This document shows positions 12,601-22,637 of a stretch of DNA of 63,761 bases, one piece after another (the stretch's first letter is position 1; every line of letters starts with the position of its first letter). The notes beneath the pieces were generated by a model. That model saw only the letters and a program-made list of their open reading frames with translations. It was not told the origin of the DNA and searched no databases. Origin of the DNA: Klebsormidium nitens (lineage: Eukaryota; Plantae; Klebsormidiophyceae); the NCBI GenBank assembly GCA_000708835.1, contig DF236969.1, positions 322,965-386,725 on the forward strand. Direction: 5' to 3'. The translations under genes and the position numbers were made by a program.

Positions 12601-14223
12601 ACCGGAACCCCAACATACACCAGTTTGGTTGGACGTCCGCAAACCTTGCGTTGCTCGCATCGTCACATTCTTCCCGCTTCACGCCGGACCCAAGCGGGGC
12701 TCCGGTGGCCATTCTCACCACCCCGGGGGGGGCGAGAGTGGAGGTGTATCACCACTTTCCCGCATACGACGTCTTTAGAGAGTGCGACGTCTGCCTAACA
12801 ACGGTAGGCATCCCAAATGGTGATCTAAAGATCTGCGAGATCGGATAAAATGGTCTTTCTTAGAGGTGGCGCCAGTGCACCCACTTGCCAGACGTGAGCA
12901 GAGCACGCTGGTCCACGTCATCCGGACCCGGGACCACCAGCGTCGTTGCTAAAATGTGACCCATCTTGCGACGTTAGGGGAACACAACTCTCTTGAAATT
13001 TCTGATTGTGCAGCTTCGTGTCTGCGTTTGAGGCCAGCACCTTGATGCGCTAGAGCCATCTTGCTAGGTTGTGAAGCATGCGGAAGAACGTTCCCAAATG
13101 CCGGACTCGACATGGCTTGTAACACCTCTTCTTCTTAATGTACACGCGCTTTGGGATTGCAGAATATATTTGAGTTCGCTTTGTCCGTCTCCTCTTATCA
13201 GATTGGCACCAACACGGCGGAGCTGGGCTCTTTGGCGGTCCCCATGATTGTTGTGCTCCCAACGCACTCCCTCGAGGTCAGAGCGCCCGGACGTCTGCCG
13301 TTGCCACCTGTCAGCATGCCCTGCAATGCTCCAATGCTCTACCTTCTATTCTTAGCTGCTGTCTGGTTGCTTCTCCGCATGTTGAAACTGCGCTCATATG
13401 CTGGTGCATCGAACCCAAATAGCGTGGTATGCATATCTGTCAATCCTCTTTCTCCAGGTCTTCCGTGGCGCGACCGGCGGCATCGGCGGGCTGCTTGCCA
13501 ATCTTCCCGGTCCCGTTGGGGACGTGGCGGCGCGCGTGGTAAACGGGGCGCTGCTCAAGAGCGCCGGCTTCATCGCGTGGCCCAACAGGTGACCGAAACT
13601 TTTATGGTCGGGGGCGCCCGATGTCCAAATTTCCGCCGCGAAATTGCTGCCTATGCATGGATATCAATCTCTTCATCCTTCGTCAGCCTCTCTGAGAAAG
13701 GTCACGGGCTGAAGGCCGAAAGCCTCGAGGCGCAAGGTTTGGGTATTTTGCGGGCCCGCTTTGCTGCTTCAGAAGCTATCAAGTCTCGCATCGCCATCCT
13801 TCCCGGCACACAACTTACTCCGTACAGCAGAGGAATAAAGCGTTGTATCCACACGTCGCGAGTCATGCAGACCAGTCACACCAGTTGGCAAAGAGACTCC
13901 TTTCTGGATCCCGTTCATCTGCTTCGTACGCCTCAACGAGGTGCAGCGGAACCAACGGCGGTCAGTCCGGTTTTTTCAGGTGGGCCAAAGAAGCCGTTGT
14001 TCCTGAGCTGGTTGGCCGCATCGAACCGAACGAGGTGGCTGCCGTCGTGCTGGATCACATGCGGAATCCGGCAAAGCTACAGTCGATGAAAGAGCGGTTA
14101 CGATCTCTGAACCAGGGCTTGGCCGGGGAGGCTGCTTCTGGAGAAGGAGCTGCCGAGCGGATAGCTCAACATATAAAAGACCTTTTGGAGCCGAGGGGAC
14201 AAAAACCTTTGTTGAACGGATAG
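9686..14223 (+). CDS. Cyanobacterial-type lipid-A-disaccharide-synthase (LpxB)-like GT-B glycosyltransferase with long transit-peptide-like N-terminus; 9 exons (9686-10234, 10519-10599, 10864-10971, 11227-11294, 11601-12056, 12524-12803, 13202-13276, 13458-13588, 13980-14223)
   Basis: The motifs DIVILTNGPGEVAAWVKPVV, VVLSPCPHA, WDWRKNGVSLFLGGDQF, VGILPGSKPAKL, LTT/IGTNTAELGSLAVPMIVVLP and AWPN/RWAKEAVVPELVG follow, in order, the cyanobacterial proteins annotated as lipid-A-disaccharide synthase. All eight introns are GT-AG with compatible phases. Confidence 0.85.
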
Positions 14224-14519
14224 GGTGTGCGTGCCCACACCCTAAATGTGCTGGAAAGTGGCATGTATGAGTCGACTCGAGTTAGACATGAAAAGCTTTT
14301 GCCGGCCAGCGCACACCCCGCTCGTGCGGGCCGTTTGGATTAAGCATGTATGTCACTACCTTTGGGTGACGGTGATTCGTGCGGTGTGGGTGACAGCAAC
14401 TGTACTGGCATGATCTGAGCATGCTGCGACCGCGCCTTGTCCCAACATTGCTGTCCGATGGAATTAGCGGGCACACACATGTCACGTACGGGGATTCTGG
14501 ACTACGGAGTTTCGCGCAG

Positions 14520-15840
14520 TTTGGCGCGGTACCAGCTCGTTGGTACCCCGCCGGTACCATGTTGCGTGCATGGTGCGTACACGGTGGCACCATGAACGGT
14601 ACTTGCAGACGAAAATTTTCAACTCACCGGTACCGTACATATTTAATATGGACAACACGGTACCAGCAAACGAAACCCGCACAATTACTCAGATGTTGCC
14701 CGGTTTTGGTAAGCAATTCCGCAAATAACGCTGCCTCTTCAAAGATGACTGGGCTCTTCAGAAGTTGCTCCCGGACCCCCGTGCAGGCTACCGGGGCCTC
14801 CCTCTGCAGCTGACTTCAGTGTTTCAGAGTAAGTCAGTGTGCCCGATCCGTTAGTCGGTACCTACCGGTACCGTAGTGGAGTCTGGACAGCATTTGACAG
14901 TCCTTACCTTCACTACCCAGGTACTACCTAGTGTGGTGTACGGTACCTAGCGGTCGGATCTTGGAAGTTGGGACAGAGCTCAGTTTGAAATTGAACCAAA
15001 CGGATGTCGTGTCACTCTTTCAAGACTCGGCAACCGTCCGATGCGGCCCCTGCTTGTCTAATCTACGCCTCATGTAGATGCTCAAGAATCCTACGGTACC
15101 GTAGTAGAAATTTGGTACTGAAGTAGTACACTCAGCTAAGTAGGTACAAGGTGACAAGATGTGACTCGTGTTACCCTGCGGCCTCCTTTCCCTCAGGTGC
15201 TGCAAAATGAGCAAAAGCTCGTGCTTTGTGGTTTCTTTCTTGTCACTTGCTCTTAAAAGCTTTGCAAATGACCAGCTGAAAGCTTCTTATCCACTTGCAT
15301 TGCCACTTGCCCACATGTTGAACATGTGATAATGTGAAGATTGAATTCAAGCGTTTATAGCTAGGCTTAGCAGCTCAAGGCAGCTCCATGCAACTCTCAG
15401 CTAGAAATGGGGGAGACATACAATCCTCTTGAGGGCGCTCCAAAATCAAGTTGCCGATAATCGGTATTGAACGATTTTCTCAGGTACACAAAGAAGCTCC
15501 AATGGAATCAAAAATGTCATCAAATGTTATACCCAAATTCTTGAAGAGCCGCATTGATCATGTGTAAGAGGCAACTACGGCAGCCATTGTTGGTGATCCT
15601 GAGAACGATTTTGCTGCTTGTAAACCATGTCTGCTTGCAAGCTGCAAGCTCCATGCTCCGAATCCTAAATTTTAGTACGCTGGCAGTACGGTGTCAGTAC
15701 GGTAGCACCGTACTGCGTCCTCGGTACCAGCCCGGAGTCACCATGGTTCAACCCCGTGAATTTACGATTCCGAACGGTACTTTCCGTACTGGTACTGCCG
15801 TGACACCGCGCTGGCAGCCCGCCGATACCGCGGAATTTGA
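14520..15840. repeat. GGTACC/GTAC-dense hairpin-forming patch, possibly a non-autonomous element or MITE relic
   Basis: Ten GGTACC sites lie between 14528 and 15728. Perfect hairpins include CAGTACGGT-AGC-ACCGTACTG near 15696 and the palindrome CTACGGTACCGTAG at 15091. Confidence 0.6.
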
Positions 15841-16225
15841 AGCTGGGAAATCCGCAAACGTGACATGTGCAGATCATCATGAATCGTACAGATAGTACAT
15901 TAAATTCACAGTGACGGCCCTCGCGGCCAAGAGGCGTGGGTCATGCAGCTTCCGACGGTGCATGGCATGCCAGATTTACATTTTCTACTAAATGCAAATC
16001 GATGTACCCTCTGTTCATCAACCCAGCGCATGCAATACACTACATCCTCCCACATGTGCAGTGCTTTAAGGTGAAAAGGCAGCGACAGCATCAGTCATGC
16101 AACCGCCCTCAAAAGCGCGCAATTTGCAGTAAGGCTAGGCTCAATAAATGCTGACATTTTGGCAAAAATTGTTGATTGCTATATCGTGCGGCGCATCAAG
16201 CGTCTGATGGCCGTGCTCGCTCGTG

Positions 16226-19200
16226 CTACACAATCGCCTGCATTCTCTGGTGCTGCATGTCTCGCAATTCCCATCGCACCGGACCGCCCTCCTCCTGCTT
16301 CTCGGGGGCAACTTGCTGCATGGCCCAACCGTAGAAAACTGTGTGGATCTCGTCCTGCAAAAGACCCAAACCCTGTCAGTGCGAAGCCTGATAAAAAGCA
16401 GGGTTGTTGCAATAACATAATTTCCGGAGGATGTTATGAAAGTACAATATCAGCGAGCATGGCTGTCTTCGGCCCATTTATAAGAGAATGAGTAGCAACA
16501 CTTTTCGCAGAATACCCCCGTCCTCTTTGTTCTAACATCCGAGCTCAGAAAGCTGTCGCCGGATCTGGTCCGCTCACGGTGTAAACAAACCAAGTATTGC
16601 GTCCAAAGGCTGCAGTCAAGCTTCATCTGGCCGTAGAAACATGCCGCGGCCCTTTATTATGGCTGAACGACATAATCGAATGGCTCCGCAGGCTGTACGA
16701 GTACACGGAGATGCACTCACCGGCGCCCCCTCGACGACCTTGCCAAACCGATCTCGTATGCAGAAAATTTGTTGTGTCGAAAACTGCACGAAACCAGTGC
16801 CCAATAAGCGACTGACAACCACAAGTACTTGCTCTGCTTGCTCCACAAACCAAGATGGGCGAACCAGACAGCGCTTCGCGAAAAATGCGAGGAGTTCATT
16901 GCTGCCACACACACACAGCACCCAGAGTATCGGGCCTTACCCCGATGATGATCATGGGCTCCCCACCCACCAACTTGACGTCACGCAGCATCGCCTCCGA
17001 AATGTGGAGGATCTGTCAGCACACAAACGTAAGAGGAGTTAAGAGCCTGCTCATTAGGCCTCAAGAGGAAAGAGATTTCTGCAAGCGCGAGCGATGCTTT
17101 GTCGAACCGGGGCGTCTGGACGCTGAGACTTCTTGTGCCATTGTCGAAGTTGATAATCAATCCAATCCCTAAGAGTTGCTCGTTGACGTAGACAGTGCGT
17201 CCAGAACATAATGTAACAGTCAATGATCGTAGCGTTCGGATGAAGGACCCCGCTATCTGACAGGTAAGGTCACTTGGGGTTCGGCTTGGATTGCAGCTTC
17301 TTCAAAGCTGGTACTTCAACCGGTCCGGTTGTGTTTCTGGAAACCAGAAGAAACGACTATGCGACGCCCGCTTTCTTCGCAACCACTTCTCGACCCAAAG
17401 CCCCGAATGCCCCACAAGCGCACCTTGAACTCGGGCGTGACCCCCAGCGCGTCGAACGCCTTCCGCTCCCCGCGCGCGCGCTGCACGACCTCGTCCGCGC
17501 ACAGCTGGGCCAGCGCCTCCAGGTCCCCCCCCAGGTACGCGAGCAGCACGGGGCGCACGTCTTCCTGGACGTCCGTCATGAAGTCCGGCAGCGAAAACGT
17601 CGGGTCGCGCCGCCGGATCGCGACCATGGCCATCGCGGACGGGGTCTCGCCGAACAGCCGCTCGTTCATATCCTGCAGCCGTGAGGAGCGGCAATCCGTT
17701 TATTCTGACGCGTATCGAGCACAATTGGTAAGGACGGGCAGTTCCTAGAACCTGAGGGAGAACAGGAGAATGCGGGGAAATCCTTTGGTTGGAAAGGAGC
17801 GACATGGCGGATGCGCCAGTGTGGTGACAGCCTAGTTCAACGAAGTAGTCTGTGGCGACAGCTGGCGTCTCCGACCGACAATCATACGAGCCCGCTCATG
17901 CCATCCCCGTTTCGCGACGCCGTCCCAGGAACAAGGAGTTGTCAGAAATCATAACTCCTCCTGAGATGCTCGCCTTGCCGACACCCAATTCTAATCAGTC
18001 AAACTTTCTTTGCCGTCGTTTTCTCTCTCCCTTTCTTAGCTGAGTATTTCGCTCATGCTTCTCCCTTGCTCTCAAAAAGTCCCCTCGTCCTTCGCAGCCT
18101 GCTCAATTGAGTGCGGTCCGTCGGCTGGGCCTCGTTTCCCAGACTCGCTCCTTACCAGCCCCGTTCCCCAGACTCGCTTCGTTTTCTTGTTTCCTGTTCA
18201 AAGTCTCTTCATCTATCCTTGCTAGTATTCACCTCCCTTCATTCGACAGGCTCCAAAATTGCTTTTCCGGATGCACTCCACAGACTGGGTCTCGTTGGAC
18301 CTTCACGTTTTCGCCTCAAAGCTTGTCAACAAAAAGCTGTGCACTTCGTGACTGCTGGTTGCACTCCGTTCTCAACCGACTCGTACGTTCCATTGGCTCT
18401 GGTAAAATACTCACCCGTATGCGCTCCACAGTGGGGCTGGAGCTGATCCCCCATCTCCCGTTTGTTGCTCATTTCCTTTGGAACCTTTACATTCCCCTTC
18501 AATGGGTCTCGTCGAGTCCTGCAACGTTCGTCTCACGCCATTCCAAACCTCGATGATCTCTAGTCAGACTAGTGAGGAGTCGCTCACCCGGATCCGCTCC
18601 ACGGTGGGGCTGGGGCTGGTCTCCCACTTCTCCTGCACGTCCTCCACAATTTCCTGCCCCTTCTGCAGCACCGGCTTTGCGAAGTTTCCCAGCCCCGCGA
18701 TCCGCTGGAACACCAGGTTCTGCCGCAACCACTCGTAAATCTGCTCGCGCCGCCGCTCCCACGCGCTCTGCTTCTTCGGAAGGATCACCACCGACGTCGC
18801 GTCGCTCTTGGGGCCCAGCTTGGCCTCTTCCGCCGCTGCAAATGAGAAGTATCCTCAAATTTGGTAATGATAAGCCCAAGTTAAGTTCCTACTGAATCAA
18901 CCTGCCTACGACGGGTGAGATCAGCGAGGGGGATTCGAGGATGGGCACGGGGGCAGAGCAGGTAAATGTTTGGGTGAATATTAGTATCAGCTTCGTTCTT
19001 ATTGCAACTTGAGCGTACGAAAACTATTTGAAGAAGTCATCTAGAGAAGGGTCCCAGGATTAACAAGAAGGACTTGGGGACAAAAACGACCGAGGCGAGA
19101 GGCGTGCTAACTGTGCAAGCGAATCGAAAATGGAACGGCTTAAATTTCGACACGACTGAATAGCGGTGAGACCTCCACAAAAGTGAGACTTTTGAGCATG

Positions 19201-21515
19201 AAATTCATATTGGACTCCCTTGGTCGCAGGCACGGACTCACGCGTGAGCTTCTTGCAGCTGCCATAACGTATCTTATATATCTTGCTTCTTCCTTATATT
19301 CGCCCTGTTCGTGCACCAGCGCCCCACACTTAGACCGGAGGGAGGACGAGAACCGCTTAAGAAGACGAACGGCTTCCCTTAGAGGAAGGCACTGGGAGTC
19401 CTTCATCCGTTTCTGACCGAATGCTTAGCAAAAGGCAACATTCCTATGGCACGCATTTCAATCAAAGTAGTCACACAATCGCAGTCTCACCTTTTGCCTT
19501 TTCCCGCTCCTCGACCTCCTCCGGCGTCAATCGTTTCCGCGGCTTCCGCCGGCCGCTGCCCGACAGCTCCTCCTGCACAAACTGCGCACCCTGCCGCACG
19601 CTCTCCAAAATCTTCGTTCCGCGCACCCTCTCAAAGGCGCCTGCCACCGGAGTCCATGCGGAATTGGCCACCTGCAGACATTGAGCACGCAAGTGCTGAG
19701 GCTCATGGCGCCAGGCACCAACGACTGAGGGAAGAAGGCACAGAAAAAGAGATTGGCAGAGCAAGCTTCGGGTGAATGCAGACGCGCAGACCCCTGATAG
19801 TAGGCAGAGAAGGGAGTGAAGCCAGAGATGGGGCCTTTCGAAGAACTAAATAGTAGCAGCAACGGAAGTGGGCAAGCCAAACTTCTCCTGAATGAAGACT
19901 TCTATCAAAGAGTAGGGTGATCAGCTGGAAGTGCAGCTACTCTGCAGAAGGGAGAATCCAGATTCTAAGCACGCACCTGCTGTGCTCGCTCCCAAGGGCT
20001 CGGCCCCTCTGTCGCACTAGACCCCGCTTCTGCCCCTGAAGGGCCCCCCTCCCCCTCAACCTTTTGACTCCCCCCCTGTGCATCTTCTCGAGAGCCCTCT
20101 GCTTCTGCCTCTACTTTCGGCCCAGTCTCTGCCTGCGACTCGTCCCTCGTCTTTCCCTCTTCTTTTCCCGTTGTTTCGGCCACATGCTCGTTCCCATTGA
20201 CAGCCTCACTAACCGTCTCCTTTGCAGCTGCCGCAGCTTGCTCAGATGCGGCGGTGCCCTCAGAAGTGGTGACCCGCTGATCTGGCCGCAGGGTCGCAAC
20301 CCGCTCTTTAACGGAGCCACTGGCCTCAGTGACCTTTTCCTTGACCACCGACGAAACCTGGGAGCGGCAGGAAATACCTTTCCGTTGAGCACGGTCCCGG
20401 GCAACGGTCAACCAAAAGGACAACAGCCGGTGTTGGAGAGCGACCACAAATAGGAGGTGTGATCAAACCGGCAATTGGACATTCTACAGGGAAGAGGTTA
20501 TCAAAAAGGGGGAAACAAGAGACTGGCGCCTTACCTCCTTTGCCTTGGCGGCAGCCTGTCTGCTGGCTGCGTCGACCTTCTCGAGCGTCTCCTTGGTGCT
20601 GGATAACACAATAAAGTCAGGATGACGCACTTACAGATCTTACAAAGTGACATGCTCGTGAGAAGGCCAAGAAATTGGTACTGCAAGCAGCCAGATACCA
20701 CCTTCTTTTCATCAAGGCATGTAAGAAGATGTGACCAGTGGTGGTAGGACTCGCTCACCTCTTTCTCAGGCCCTCTGTCCTTTCACGGAATTCCTTGATG
20801 GACTGCCGCAACTCCGGATTGCTGCACAGAAAAACAAATGCTGCTCATGCCATACTCCGTAATTTCATGGATACACGGTAAGTCCAGAAGCGGGCCGATC
20901 GCTCATTACATCCGCCAAAATAGAAGACGCTGAGGCACACCACCCTTTCATCGGACTGGCAAGCGCTTGCCCCAACCACAACTATCATTCGGGCAGCCAC
21001 TTCCACCGGCTAAGCTGTAGCCCATCAGATCTAACTTGTACCTGAAACTCTGCTCAATAACCCAGTGCACGGCCGAACAGCAGATAGTAATAACGCCAGC
21101 GATGGGTCGAATGCGTCCTTTCCGCAGCGCGCAATCAGTGCAGCAACCAACAGTTACCACCGCTCGTTGACATACGTGGCAGATCTGTAGGAAGCAGAAT
21201 AGGTCACGCACCTCTCAACTTCGCCCTTTACACGGTTGATGACGTCCCTGATGAAACTGAGCGACCGCTGGCCCCCGACTTGATAGCGGACCTCCTCAGG
21301 GCCGTGAAGACTCGCAAGCTGCAAGCAACTTCTGGCGTCAGGCACTTAAGATTTCAAGGACATGCAACAAATTGTTGTAGCAACAGGAGCAAGCGCTTTC
21401 CGTATTTCAGAAAGCTCGCAAAATCCGAGGGCCTCACCTGCGGCGCCCTTTGCCGAACAGCGTATTGCAACGATCTTCGGGCAAGGGACGCTCCCTGCTT
21501 GCTCCTAGAAAGCAT
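16226..21515 (-). CDS. TIM44: Mitochondrial import inner membrane translocase subunit TIM44; about 11 exons
   Basis: Spliced motifs: MLSRSKQGASLARR presequence, NPELRQSIKEFRER, KGQEIVEDVQEKWETS, DMNERLFGET...RRRDPTFSLPDF, ILHISE, FSTQQIFCIRD, DEIHTVFYGWAMQQ...WELRDMQ...QAIV stop. These match plant TIM44. Confidence 0.93.
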
Positions 21516-22637
21516 GATGCCTTCACTGCTCCAATACCTCCGCCAAAACCAGCTGCTACTGGCGGCTGAAAGTACATCTATCGTATGTGAAGGAGTTAAG
21601 TGTTGAGGAACGACACCCCAACACCTTGTCGTCGCCAGCTTTGCCAGGTCCTGAAGGGGGCCTGGATTGTGCGCGCGTCGTCAGGCGAGCACGAGGCCCG
21701 GGGGCGTCGGCGAGGCTCGGTCAGTTTTGACGGTTTGTATTCTAGGCGCGTAATACCAAAGTTATGCATAATTCGGTTCCGCGCGCGTGGTGGGTGATTT
21801 CAGTCGGCCGCACGCAAAGTCAGCTTAAAGAGGGCGTCTACGCAACGTCATCAACCGGCCACTTTTAGCAGGGCCCAGTGCAAGGGGCACAACCTCTGAT
21901 ACCAACTTCTTGGCGACAGACCACCATAAAACCATGCTTCGATGTCGCTGTGTGACGTCAGGCGTTCAGGGTCCCGAGACGCCCATGCACTTTGATGAAC
22001 CAAGCAAAAATGCAATAATATACCTATGTAGCAAGGCTTGCTCGCTTGCTTGATCGGAGCATCAAGTTTAAAAGTCTGGCGTGCGTCTTCAAGGTGGCTT
22101 AGAGCATTTTCAACGAGGAGTGGAAGGCTGAAGCGGTGAGGGCTACTGAGTAGGATGCAGGGCTTTGCTTGAGTTCCGGCCACTGAAAAGCATTATGCAA
22201 TTGCGTGCTCTTCTTGGCTTATCTACGGGCATTCTGCCAGTATATGGCTGGGGTACCAGCTTAGCACACGCAACAGCTGACCGAGAGCTCACCATTGCGG
22301 GCTCAGTCGCTGCTGTCGAGCCTCACCGGCAATCTTCCTCTTGAAAGTGCGCACTCTTGGAGAATATCTGCTGGAGGATCCAGTTCTCGTACTACTTGCT
22401 CATAGCCACTGATCCAAACCTCTCTGCTACATGTCATTAGGCTGGCATGCTTACCGCAAAAGGACAGTGTCTTTTGTAGCCCAACGCCGCTGCAGATGTC
22501 CTGCCACAGACTTTGAGATGCTGATCAGGAGCGTTACGAAGGTCTGATCCCGAAACAAAAGAGCGCAGAGCGTGCCCAGACACCTCAGCTTCAGGGGAGC
22601 GTAAACTGCAGGGGAGCGTGTACTGCAGTGAAGCATA

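Noticed and set aside
12050-14089. Long plus-strand ORFs of 242 aa and 312 aa
   Set aside because: They run through introns and alternative frames of the LpxB-like gene and have no independent motifs.
16641-17042. Cys-rich plus-strand ORF suggesting a transposase zinc finger
   Set aside because: It is antisense to two TIM44 exons, which explain the sequence.
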